Shown in pieces: positions 12,746 through 25,068 of a stretch of 64,000 nt of DNA. Origin of the DNA: Macrostomum hystrix (taxonomy: Eukaryota > Animalia > Platyhelminthes); the NCBI GenBank assembly GCA_950097015.1, contig CATNEN010000003.1, forward strand, positions 5,146,001 through 5,210,000. The letters are read 5' to 3'. Positions within the stretch are counted from its first letter, which is position 1; every line of letters begins with the position of its first letter. A program made the position numbers and the translations under genes. The notes beneath the pieces were generated by a model. That model was not told where the DNA came from, did no database searches, and saw only the letters and a list, made by a program, of their open reading frames with translations.

Positions 12746-13249
12746 TCAGTAGCCATAGTCTGGTTCATCTATATCATAGTAGTCAACTGTGTCGACGTGG
12801 GGTCGCACCTGGTGCTGGAAAGATCTTGAAGACTCTTGATAGTAGTCTGCTGGACCATGCCTATCCGGTCTTCTATCATTGTAGGCGTCGGCATAGCTGT
12901 CAAAATTGTAGCCGTGTTGACGTTGATCATTGTGGCGGTTGTAGCCGTTAAAGGAAGGTCCGTGCTGCCGCTGCTGCTGCTGCCGCGTCGGCGTTGAAGG
13001 CGTCGAAGGCTCCTCCGGGAGTGGTGGGGCAATCGGGTCGCCCTCCATTTGTCGCTCCATCAAGTAGCTCATTTTATACGAGGTCTCATCCTCGGAGTTA
13101 TCGCCTCGACCTGTAGCAGCAGCAGCTGACTCTCGCATTGGGTTCCGACCTGGCCGTGGATAGTTTTGAGCCGCTGTCGGTGCGATGATGCAGTTGATAG
13201 CCAATGCTGTCAGCAGTGACCATCTCAGCAGCCGGAAATTGAAACTCAT
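12746..13249 (-). CDS. Single-exon secreted protein, probable neuropeptide precursor (167 aa)
   Basis: First true ATG is at 13249 (the track started at an upstream TTG). Hydrophobic signal MSFNFRLLRWSLLTALAINCIIAPTAA is followed directly by QNYPRPG-R. GC-rich coding island in AT-rich flanks, with TATA/Inr/CCAAT upstream. Confidence 0.8.
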   Translation of the reverse strand: MSFNFRLLRWSLLTALAINCIIAPTAAQNYPRPGRNPMRESAAAATGRGDNSEDETSYKMSYLMERQMEGDPIAPPLPEEPSTPSTPTRQQQQRQHGPSFNGYNRHNDQRQHGYNFDSYADAYNDRRPDRHGPADYYQESSRSFQHQVRPHVDTVDYYDIDEPDYGY

Positions 13250-13275
13250 TGTTTGTCTGTTAAAATCACTTCTTG

Positions 13276-13367
13276 TCAATGACCCTTAACTGGGGTTCCG
13301 ACACGGCTTTATAGCTAACTATACTCGCCCGGTTCAGTTGGGCTTACAAACTTGATCAGCCAATCAG
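13276..13367 (-). promoter_or_regulatory. Core promoter of the secreted-precursor gene (TATA, Inr-like, CCAAT)
   Basis: Minus-strand TATAAA at 13313-13308, TCATT Inr-like motif ~30 nt downstream (13282-13278), AGCCAATCAG box at 13358-13367. Confidence 0.55.
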
Positions 13368-15882
13368 AATTGAGAGCCGATAACGCGATATCATTTTAAA
13401 CTTGTTAATTTTATAGCCATAGTTAGCGGAGCAGTTTGAGGTGGTTGAGAATGTACATAATTCAAATGTACACAATAAAGATTTATTAAACCTAGCACAC
13501 TTATATAACAAAAAACTAGTATTGACATTCCAATGTTTTGTAAAAAAATAGAAACCAGATAAATGCGCAAAATTTCAGCTTAAAGCAGGTTTTTGTGTAC
13601 TTTATATTTTTGGAAAAGTGCCAGGTGTTTTTTTAAAAAAGACTCATTTGCGCAAACTAAGAAGTCACTATCTTATTTTTTACAACCTACGTTTTTATTC
13701 ATAAACAAATTAGTTTGAGAACAACTTAAGCCACGTACGAGTATATTCATGTTGCGCATTCAGCTGAATACTTATCAGCTTTCTTAACTTAATAATTTAT
13801 TATAAATCGAACAAATCGTACATTGGGTTGTAGACTGCATGATGCCAATTTTTTGCGTCTGATTTTCACCACTCAACTGAAAACACTTGAAGTTATACGA
13901 GCTAGTTAGCAGACAGGGGTAGCATGGTTTGGGTGTGTTTACCACTGCCTCCAGTCCATAGACTGAACAGACATACACTAATCAGCTGTGCACATGGACT
14001 GCGCGAGAAAATCAGATGATTAATTATACTCAGCGGTCATTATCAAAAAACATAAGCATTCATCCTCAAAAAACGCAGTGCATTTTCGTGCATAAAAACA
14101 TCTGATAAATAATTTGAGAAAATGGTGCGCATTTTTTAAATCAAAGCCAGCTGTATGGCCACGTTTTCGATCTGCTTTGAAGCTTTAAAATTTTGAGTAG
14201 GCTACATATAAATTTACGATCTATTTACCTGCGCAATTTTCTATGCTGTTTTCCACACTTTCTTGCTAGGGCATAAAGTGCATATTGCCCAATTCAGTTG
14301 TGTAATATTACATATTATTCTCAACTTCTTGTGGCGCTTAATTTTAACTCCTTACGTTAGATAACTTTATTCTTCGCAATTGGTTCAGCAGCAAAAAATA
14401 AATTATTGATGCTTGATGCATTTGCAACCTGTGGTAACAATATTTTTCAAAGCTTTCTGTTCCATCAGGCTAAATGAACTGTAGTTACAGTGTCGCTAGC
14501 AAAAGTAACATAAGTAAGGCGCATAAATATCAATAATGAATCTTTTTTTCCTAGTTTTGTTTTAAATACGTACTGCAAGTTTAAAATGCAGATTTATTCT
14601 TCGAAATCAGACATTCCTGGATTTTCGGCAGCAGCTGCGTGCTTTGCGTTATGATCAAGAGCATATTCTACTAATCTGTTAATTAGTATATTACATAACT
14701 CTGTATCACATAATAAGAAATATATATTCATAAAATTGAATGCACACATTCACACATGCAATTTATAAATAAAGCTAATAATTAACTTGTTACTATAAAT
14801 TGCTAGGTCTAATTAAGTTTATAATTCATAATTACATAATTCATAATTCAACATTAACAATAACATTAGGTATTATTATATAGAAATATTTTCTTAGTTA
14901 GTCTTAGTGGCCTGAAATTCTTTTAATATTTTTTTCACAATTATTTTTATTCCTGTTGGATATGGAACCTAAATAGAATCCCAAAGGCCAAATCTAATGC
15001 TCAAGATTTGCTCTGTTGCTCCCTACTTTGTATTTGATAGCTAGGCCTAGTCTCTGCCTCTACAAAAATTTCAATCAGAAGTATCAATGATTAGCTACTC
15101 TTTGCTTATGGCTAAATATTGTTGTTATACCAAGTGGTATTCTACCTATTGGGTACATTTATTGATGTAAGCCATTAAACAAATTGTAAGTTTCTTTGTC
15201 AATGAATGTTTATCTATTAGTCTATCCCTATCGGTATCAGTGGGAAATACCTTTGAAAAATGTTAGCATTTCTTTTTGCCAACAAAAAAAAATTAACAAC
15301 AATACAAGTTTATGATATAAGATAGCTAGCTGGCTTAGATTGACAAGATAGTATAGTATAGGCCTAGCTAATAAGTACCAATATTAATCCCAAAAGTCTA
15401 AATCTTGTTCCTTTGAATTCCAAGTCAAGACTATGTTCGATTTCAATTTCAGCATAATTTTGTAGACTACAAAATCATGGAGTTTGTAGACTGTGATAGT
15501 GATGTTGTAAATCAAAACATTTATTTTGTTGCCATATAATCAAGTTTAGGAACCTTGGTATAAGAGACAAACAGTTCCGTTACTTACCCCAATCTAACTG
15601 TTCAGCATTTAGGCTAAAGCTATCAGATAAAGCTTCTACTATTAGTCAGCTTTCAAATTAATTTTTGAAAATTCACAACTGATATACAATTAGACATGAA
15701 ATTATGCTTTTGCTACTATAATTAGCCAATTAAAAGTTTTCTAAACCATTTTACTGCATAATGAAATACTTCTTATTTAATTAACTCTTCCAGATAAAAT
15801 GCAGCTGACACATTATCTGCTTTCGTAAATATTTTCTTTATCACATGTCAAAGAACTTGGGAGCCAAAAGTACACATCAATA

Positions 15883-18800
15883 ATGCAAAACAATCATCAC
15901 AGTGTCGACTCTGTTGCCATAGAAATAGGCAATACTTCTTCGCTGACAGAGCAGCAATCTTCGCGTAGGCGACGTCACCAGCAGCTGCAGAATGATTTCG
16001 CAGCCGCAGCGAAAATCTCTTTTGAAGCATTTTTAACCGATGTTAAGCAGCGCGGGCTGGGCATTGGCGAGAGCCAGACTGAAGTTCGAGTAGCTCTAAC
16101 TGTCTCCGTGCTGCTCTATTGGACTGCGGCCTGCTCAATGTTGTACACTACATTGAACTACGCTGTTGACGATTTCTATGAAAACTGGTCGCCTGAGATT
16201 CGCTATGCTATCAAAGTTGCGGCCTGTTTTATTTACATTAACGCTAGCGCTAATTGGTTGCTAACGACGCTAACTGACACTAGTTACAAAGAGAGCAGAG
16301 ATAAGCCGCATGTGCGTAAGACACTATTTGAGCCGTTTCCTGAGCCGCCTAGAAGAAAACTTGAAGAAGAGACTCAAGAATCTTTGCCTGCAGATTTTTC
16401 TGACCAGAATGGTAAAGGTGAGTAAACTATTAGCGATAAGTTGTAGGCCAGCCAATGACTGGCGCTTGGGACTCCTGACTGACAAGACAGTCGAGAGATG
16501 AGACAAGGGAGAGGTGAGACAGTAAGGGATGAGACACGGGAGCAATTAGGCACAGGAGGATGAGACACGGTAAAGATGAGACACGGTAATGATGAGACAC
16601 GGGAGAGATGAGACACGGGAGAGATGAGACACGGGAGAGATGAGACACGGGAGAGATGAGACATGGTAGAGATGAGACACGGGAGAGATGAGACACGGGA
16701 GCGATTAGGGACAGGAGGGATGAGACACGGGAGAGATGAGACACTGTGGAGATAAGACACTGTGGAGATAAGACACGGTAGAGATGAGACATGGTAGAGA
16801 TGAGACACGGGAGAGATGAGACACGGGAGCGATTAGGTACAGGAGAGATGAGACAAAGGAGAGATATGATAGGGAAGAGATGAGATGGATATTGAACATC
16901 GTAGAGTGTATCATGGATTCTGGGACATCTCATCTATTCTAGACTACTGAGGCTCCTGTTAAATAATTTTCGCCAATTAACATTAACCATCCAGCTGGAT
17001 CGCGCAGGCCAGCCATCAAAGACGACACCGGCCTATTGGATGGTCGAAAGTTTATGCTACCTTACGAGGCGGAAACAGACAGCGGCCTTCAATGGCGCCG
17101 CTGTCTGGTCTGCCAACACGACGCGCCGCCGCGTACTCACCACTGTCCGGTTTGTAGGAAGTGTGTGCTCAAACGCGATCATCACTGTTACATGACCGGG
17201 CGTTGTGTAGGATTCTATAACCAGCGATTCTTCATTGTCATGGTGTTCTATTTGGTTCTGGGCCTCGCCTGGGGCGGAGGTGGTAGCGCCGCGTTTCTAT
17301 GGCGACACTTCAAACCGGATAGCCGGTGGGATGTGTTTCTGCCATGCGCCGTGTACAGATGGGCCATCGGCGAGATGGAAGGCCATATATTTCTGATGCT
17401 TTATCACTGCCATCTGTTCTGGTGGATTGGGCCTATGTGCGCCTGCTTCTTCTTGGGACAGGTTGGTCAATTGCTGCTAATCTGCGAGCTGACTCTGACG
17501 ATTGAGAGACTCGGAGGATTATAATGGTAGATTCTGAGTAAAGGTAGCTTTTGAGAAGTTAAAAAAGGACTAAAAAATTAATGTTAAACTAAAAAAAATT
17601 TAAATTAGACCAAAAAGTGTAGGAACAAAAGTTGACTAAAAACTGCAACTAGGCTAAAAAAATCTTAAGTACAGGTAGACCAGAAAAGAAAAGGTAGACT
17701 CAAGAAAGTAAATTTAGACTTCTAAAAACTAAAACTAAACCAAAAAAACTCAAGTTAAGTACAGTTAATTATGTTAGGTAGAGTTGGAGTAGACTGTGAA
17801 AACGAAAAGTAAACTAAAAACTAAATGTGAACTAAAAAGTAAAGGTGGACTAGAAAATTAATGAACACTAATAAAAGAAACTAAATCTAGACTAATAAAC
17901 GAAAAGTAGACTCAAGAAAGTAGAGTAGAGTAAAGAACAGGTACGCTGAGAGGTAGACTATGAGAATTCGAGGTAAGCTATGAGAAGTAGAGGTAAGCTA
18001 TGAGAAGTAGAGGTAAGCTATGAGAAGTAGAGGTAAGCTATGAGAGTAGAGGTAGACTATGAGAAGTAGAGGTAAGCTATGAGAGTAGAGGTAGACTATG
18101 AGAAGTAGAGGTAAGCTATGAGAGTAGAGGTAGACTATGAGAAGTAGAGGTAAGCTATGAGAGTAGAGGTAGACTATAAGAGTAGAGGTAAGCTATGAGA
18201 AGCAGAGGTAGACTATGAGAAGTAGTGGTAGACTATGAGAAGTAGAGGTAGACTATGAGAATAGAGGTAGACTATGAGAGTAGAGGTAAGCTATGAGAAG
18301 CAGAGGTAGACTATGAGAATAGAGGTAGACTATGAGAAGCAGAGGTAGACTAAGAGAAGCAGAGGTAGACTATGAGAGTAGAGGTAAGCTATGAGAAGCA
18401 GAGGTAGACTATGAGAATAGAGGTAGACTATGAGAATAGAGGTAGACTATGAGAAGCAGAGGTAGACTAAGAGAAGCAGAGGTAGACTATGAGAAGTAGA
18501 GGTTGACTATGAGAGTAGAGGTAAGCTATGAGAGTAGAGTTTGAACTCTACAATTCTTCGATTGAGATTTAGATTGACTCTGAGAAGTAGACTCAGACAT
18601 TAGGAGCTAGATATGTACACTGACATGTCTAGGTAGACTTCAAGAGGTAGATGTAAAATTTAATATTAAGTTCGGGTATATTGATGTACATTTAACTATG
18701 ACAAAGGTAAAGTTAGAGTGCAAAAAATGGTGTTTGACTGAAATTTATCCTATTCCCAGATCGTCGCCGTGTCCCGGGGCACCACCACCTTCGAAGACGG

Positions 18801-19047
18801 CCAGCAGCAGGAGATTGTCTGTCGTCAACCAGTACGTCGCCGGTTCGAATCCGTGTTTGGCCATCTGCCGCTGCTGAATTTCTTATTCCCGGCTGTGGTT
18901 ATCTATAAACAGTTTGACGACGGAATCCACTGGTGGGACACCATTGACGCTGGGAAATTGAAAAGACTGCGTCAGCTGCAGAAAGCTGCGTCATCCGGAT
19001 CTGCGAATGACAGCAACTCGCAGATTGAGTCTGTTAAGTCTGTCTAG
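15883..19047 (+). CDS. DHHC-type palmitoyltransferase (ZDHHC family, most like the ZDHHC22/24 group), 429 aa
   Basis: Exons 15883-16417, 16995-17461, 18760-19047 (phases 1, 0). Cys-rich domain CLVC...PPRTHHCPVCRKCVLKRDHHCYMTGRCVGFYNQRFF, TM helices on both sides, TTxE motif (GTTTFE) in the last exon. Confidence 0.93.
16490..16885. repeat. 16-bp minisatellite (GAGATGAGACACGGGA)
   Basis: Tandem periodicity in ZDHHC intron 1. Confidence 0.9.
17950..18540. repeat. 19-20-bp minisatellite (AGAGGTAGACTATGAGAAGT)
   Basis: Tandem periodicity in ZDHHC intron 2. Confidence 0.92.
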
Positions 19048-19069
19048 AGAAGCCTGTCTTCTGATACAC

Positions 19070-20180
19070 GGGGTGTCTTCTGTTAGTCCGGGGTGTCTTC
19101 TGTTAGACTGGGGTGTCTTCTGTTAGTCCGGGGTGTCTTCTGTTAGACTGGGGTGTCTTCTGTTAGTCCGGTGTGTCTTCTGTTAGACTGGGGTGTCTTC
19201 TGTTAGTCCGGGGTGTCTTCTGTTAGACTGGGGTGTCTTCTGTTAGTCCGGGGTGTCTTCTGTTAGACTGGGGTGTCTTCTGTTAGTCCGGTGTGTCTTC
19301 TGTTAGACTGGGGTGTCTTCTGTTAGTCCGGTGTGTCTTCTGTTAGACTGGGGTGTCTTCTGTTAGTCCGGTGTGTCTTCTGTTAGACTAGGGTGTCTTC
19401 TGTTAGTCCGGGGTGTCTTCTGTTAGACTAGGGTGTCTTCTGTTAGTCCGGGGTGTCTTCTGTTAGACTGGGATGTCTTTTATTAGTCCGGGTGTCTTTT
19501 GTTAGTCCGGGGTGTCTTCTGTTAGTCCGGATTGTCTTCTGTGTTAGACTGGGGTGTCTTCTGTTAGTCCGGTGTGTCTTCTGTTAGACTGGGGTGTCTT
19601 TTGTTAGTCCGGATTGTCTTCTGTGTTAGACTGGGGTGTCTTCTGTTAGTCCGGTGTGTCTTCTGTTAGACTGGGGTGTCTTTTATTAGTCCGGGGTGTC
19701 TTTTGTTAGTCCGGGGTGTCTTCTGTTAGTCCGGATTGTCTTCTGTGTTAGACTGGGGTGTCTTCTGTTAGTCCGGTGTGTCTTCTGTTAGACTGGGGTG
19801 TCTTCTGTTAGACTGGGGTGTCTTCTGTTAGTCCGGTGTGTCTTCTGTTAGACTGGGGTGTCTTCTGTTAGACTGGGGTGTCTTGTGTTAGACTGGGATG
19901 TCTTTTGTTAGTCCGGGGTGTCTTCTGTTAGACTGGGGTGTCTTCTGTTAGTCCGGAGTGTCTTCTGTTATACTGGGGTGTCTTTTGTTAGTCCGGGGTG
20001 TATTTTGTTAGTCCGGGGTGTCTTTTGTTAGTCCGGGTGTCTTCTGTTAGTCCGGGGTGTCTTTTGTTAGTCCGGGTGTCTTCTGTTAGACGTGGTTGTC
20101 TTTTGTTAGTCCGGAGTGTCTTCTGTTATACTGGGGTGTCTTTTGTTAGTCCGGGATATCTTTTGTAAGACATGAGTGTC
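19070..20180. repeat. 20-bp minisatellite with alternating 40-bp higher order (GGGTGTCTTCTGTTAG-ACTG/TCCG), directly after the ZDHHC stop
   Basis: Two unit variants alternate at the start of the array. Confidence 0.95.
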
Positions 20181-20699
20181 TTATTTTAGACATTAGGGTC
20201 CTTTGTTAGACGTTTTTATCAGCTATTTTTCACAAAGCCTAGTTAACTTTGCCATATTTTACCCGTTAAGTTATTCCATTGGCCTTTGGCTAGAGTTTTA
20301 CATTCTTTTTAGCATATTCGAAATGATTTTTGTCAGCACACGTCATTTTCCAAAGAATCTCTAATTCGAGATAAAAGTACAGTTTTTAGATCTTTTATAA
20401 TTTAAAAAGTTTTAATGCACTTTATATGCATATGTTTTGTCACAAAATGAATTTTTTGTCTTTAGACTTTTTTATCGTGATTTAACCCAACATTCTACTT
20501 TCCTCAGTAGTGTGGTGTGAATCTATATATTTTATATAATTTTGAATACAAAGTCTACTTTTTGTAGTGTTTTTACTTTCTTTGATTTGCAAAGAAGTGA
20601 TATTTTTTCTGCTTTACTTTACGATTTTAATATTGTCACTGCTTTAATCTAGCCCCAAACCGCACCCTCCCAATCTATATTCTCTTTAGGCAAACCTTT

Positions 20700-20902
20700 C
20701 CCTAGCCCCGCAATGTACATTCGATTCAATTCTGTCAAACCATACCCCGCTTTGTACATTCCCTCCAGCTAAGTCCTTCCACAGAATGTACATTCGTTCT
20801 AGCCAAACTCTACCCTCGCAATGTACATTCCCTCCAGCCAAGCCCTACCCCTTAATGTACATCCCTTCTTGCCAAACCCAAACCACACAATGTACATTCC
20901 CT
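20700..20902. repeat. Degenerate ~37-bp tandem (AATGTACATTCC core)
   Basis: About six diverged copies of tgtacat(t/c)c. Confidence 0.6.
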
Positions 20903-21535
20903 AGCACTACATAAAGGTGTTAAAAGTTTAATTGTCTATCATTTACATTTTCTTGAGAAACATAAAGTAAATATGCTGCATATGATCTTTGAATTATTAA
21001 ATTAGCTCAACTTTCTGTCGTTTACTGCCTTATTCACTGATTTTTGTTTTTGTCTTATAACAAATCTGCCAATGTTTTAATTCTATGTACCTTTTTATTG
21101 TGAGTTTATTTGGATTTTATATTTCACTCACAATCGGGCCTTATTATGTATTGGTTCCTGTTCTTATCGAAACACTTTCACATAGAAGTTATTAGGAACA
21201 GCAGCTGCTTAAATACTAAGCTTAATTTATATTATTAATAACATTGTTTTCACCTGTTATTTTGTTTCCTTAAGTAGTAAACCTAGATGCAATTTCTAAA
21301 CTTTTATCATTCCTTACCCACTGCTTACTATTTGTGTATGACTTTTTTCTTTTTTATTGATTTTGTACCTGCTTGCTTACTTTGACTTTTTTCTCTACTT
21401 CTTTACATTGGTCCTTTGAGGGCAGGGTCGATTTGATAAATATACCATGGACATTGTGATTGACGACTGGGCACTTTGACAAGTCCTTTTTTTACTTTTC
21501 GATTTATTGTGATTGCTTGGATTCTTAGGTTTCAC

Positions 21536-23362
21536 AGATGTCATTCATCATCTAGTATAGATGTCATTGATGATCTAGTATAGATGTCATTTGTGATCTA
21601 GTATAGATGTCATTCATCATCTAGTATAGATGTCATTCATGATCTAGTATAGATGTCATTCATGATCTAGTATAGATGTCATTCATGATCTAGTATAGAT
21701 GTCATTCATGATCTAGTATAGATGTCATTTGTGATCTAGTATAGATGTCATTCATCATCTAGTATAGATGTCATTTGTGATCTAGTATAGATGTCATTCA
21801 TGATCTAGTATAGATGTCATTCATGATCTAGTATAGATGTCATTCATCATCTAGTATAGATGTCATTCGTGATCTAGTATAGATGTCATTCATGATCTAG
21901 TATAGATGTCATTCATCATCTAGTATAGATGTCATTCGTGATCTAGTATAGATGTCATTCATGATCTAGTATAGATGTCATTCATGATCTAGTATAGATG
22001 TCATTCATCATCTAGTATAGATGTCATTTGTGATCTAGTATAGATGTCATTCATCATCTAGTATAGATGTCATTCGTGATCTAGTATAGATGTCATTCAT
22101 GATCTAGTATAGATGTCATTCATGATCTAGTATAGATGTCATTCATCATCTAGTATAGATGTCATTTGTGATCTAGTATAGATGTCATTCATCATCTAGT
22201 ATAGATGTCATTCATGATCTAGTATAGATGTCATTCGTGATCTAGTATAGATGTCATTCATGATCTAGTATAGATGTCATTCATCATCTAGTATAGATGT
22301 CATTCGTGATCTAGTATAGATGTCATTCATGATCTAGTATAGATGTCATTCATGATCTAGTATAGATGTCATTCATCATCTAGTATAGATGTCATTCATG
22401 ATCTAGTATAGATGTCATTCATCATCTAGTATAGATGTCATTCGTGATCTAGTATAGATGTCATTCATGATCTAGTATAGATGTCATTCATGATCTAGTA
22501 TAGATGTCATTCATCATCTAGTATAGATGTCATTTGTGATCTAGTATAGATGTCATTCATGATCTAGTATAGATGTCATTCATGATCTAGTATAGATGTC
22601 ATTCATGATCTAGTATAGATGTCATTCATGATCTAGTATAGATGTCATTTGTGATCTAGTATAGATGTCATTCATGATCTAGTATAGATGTCATTCATGA
22701 TCTAGTATAGATGTCATTCATCATCTAGTATAGATGTCATTCATGATCTAGTATAGATGTCATTCATGATCTAGTATAGATGTCATTCATGATCTAGAAT
22801 GGATGTCATTCATGATCTAGTATAGATGTCATTCGTGATCTAGTATAGATGTCATTCATGATCTAGTATAGATGTCATTCATGATCTAGTATAGATGTCA
22901 TTCGTGATCTAGAATAGATGTCATTCATGATCTAGTATAGATGTCATTCGTGATCTAGTATAGATGTCATTCATGATCTAGTATAGATGTCATTCATGAT
23001 CTAGTATAGATGTCATTCATGATCTAGTATAGATGTCATTCATGATCTAGTATAGATGTCATTCATGATCTACTATATGATCTACTATAGATGTTATTCA
23101 TGATCTAGTATAGATGCCATTTATGATCTAGTATAGATGTCATTCATGATCTACTATAGATGTCATTCATGATCTAGTATAGATGTCATTCATGATCTAG
23201 TATAGATGTCATTCATGATCTACTATAGATGTCATTCATGATCTAGTATAGATGTCATTCATGATCTACTATAGATGTCATTCATGATCTAGTATAGATG
23301 TCATTCATGATCTAGTATAGATGTCATTCATCATCTAGTATAGATGTCATTTGTGATCTAGA
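21536..23362. repeat. 23-bp minisatellite (TAGATGTCATTCATGATCTAGTA), ~79 copies
   Basis: Tandem periodicity of 23; ends ~65 nt before the TMEM60 acceptor. Confidence 0.95.
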
Positions 23363-23426
23363 TAAGGTCGTTAATCATGATCATTTATGAAGCCTCATTA
23401 ACCCGGACCAAAATGAACTGTTTCAG

Positions 23427-23858
23427 GCGAACCAGAAATGCACAGTGAGTCAGGTGCTATTGAGCTACCTGCTGCACATGACCTTTCTTATATTTCTTGT
23501 GCTTCGCTTAGAGAGTCGAATATCGTGGGCCTGGCCTCTCATCTTTGCGCCGCTGTTCACATTTGATCTAGCAGGGCTGGCCATAGCAACCACAATGACA
23601 GTTCGCAGCTGTTGCTGGTCTGACAGGCCAGTAGCCAAGTGTCGATTGTTGCTATGCAGATCGCCAGGTTTCATAACTCTACTCTGCAAACTGGCTGGCG
23701 AGCTCGCGTTGAGTCTATTAGCTCAGGGCTCGTTGCCGAGTTCTGTTAGTTTGTTTGCTGTAATGACGCCATTTATTTGCTTGCTAGCTGTTGCTATTGC
23801 TGATTTGATTGCTCGATTGGTATTTATTTATCGCGAGGTGGCACCTCAGCCTGCCTAA
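23427..23858 (+). CDS. TMEM60: TMEM60-like membrane protein (TMEM185/203/60 family); no in-frame ATG before the conserved N-terminus
   Basis: QVLLSYLLHMTFLIFLVLRLESRISWAWPLIFAPLFTFD...LLCKLAGELAL...VMTPF parallels TMEM60 (RVLLTWLFTLLFLIMLVLKLD...WNWFLIFIPVWIFD). The exon begins after the acceptor tttcag (AG 23425-23426) in phase 0; stop TAA ends at 23858. Confidence 0.8.
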   Translation, partial: ANQKCTVSQVLLSYLLHMTFLIFLVLRLESRISWAWPLIFAPLFTFDLAGLAIATTMTVRSCCWSDRPVAKCRLLLCRSPGFITLLCKLAGELALSLLAQGSLPSSVSLFAVMTPFICLLAVAIADLIARLVFIYREVAPQPA

Positions 23859-24769
23859 ACAATTCTAGATTTTTAAGGTGACATTTCTTAGAAGGATTGT
23901 TTTAAATTCGCGCAAAAAATTGACTTAAACAAAAATTCGGAAAATTGATATTTCAGACTATTTATAGTTACTTGGAAATATTAGCTATTAGCTAAAACTA
24001 CGAGTATTAACTAATTACAAAAATATTATAACGTTCTAATTAAAAAAAATATTTTTTTTATTTACGACCTTGATGTCAGTTTGGCGTATATTATAAATAA
24101 ATAATTGTATTTCCGCAATATTTTCTGGATAAAGAGACACAACTTACAAACTAATTAGTTTATTTAAGCAAAAACCAAGAAAATAATAAATTTATTCAAT
24201 TGTTATAGAAGTATATATCGAACGTTCACTTCACGTTGACGTTGTGATAACTTTCGGTTATTATAACAAAACTAGCATATGTTCTGTCTTTCGTAAATTA
24301 GCTTCGTAGAATACTTTGTATGAATATGATTAATTATTGTTATATTTTATTTGATTTTTGTTCATATACAGCAATAGCAGTTATTTTAGATATTGCGTAT
24401 ACATTGATTAAAGTACATATGTTGATTTGTAAATTGAATGTCTTGCTTTTAGTTGCCATTGACGACAACGACAACTTAAGTCTAATTTACGTTTATAAGT
24501 TGTAGGTTGTCATAATATTATTGTAAATATAATTATTAAATTTTTATGAAATAATGATTTGTTTCTTCTTGTACATACCAAATTACTCATGTCTCAAATA
24601 ATGTGCTTTAAATATACAAAACACTGTGCTAAGACGTTACAGCTTACTGGCTTCGAAAGACTTGTATTTAAATGGTGTACAATCATCTGCTAAATTATAT
24701 TATATGCTTTATTTTCTGTTTTTCTTTGAAATATCTAGGATCGAATAAACTATAATGTTTGCACCAATG

Positions 24770-25068
24770 CACCAACCTCACTTCAAATGAACATTTTCCT
24801 GAACCAATGTTTGTCACGTGCCACAGCCACCCCACTCCAAATTTTTTTTATTTCGTGGACACCAACCTCACTTCAAATGTACATTTTCCTGACCTGACGT
24901 TAGTCATGTGCCACAGTCCTTACTACAATTGTTTCCATTCAAACGATTTCGTGGACACCAACCTCACTCCAGATGTACATTTTCCTGACCTGACGTTAGT
25001 CATGTGCCACAGTCCTTACTACAATTGTTTTCATTCAAACTATTACGTGGACACCAACCTCACTCCAA
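24770..25068. repeat. ~96-bp tandem repeat, ~3 copies
   Basis: gtggacaccaacctcact at 24855, 24951 and 25047. Confidence 0.85.
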
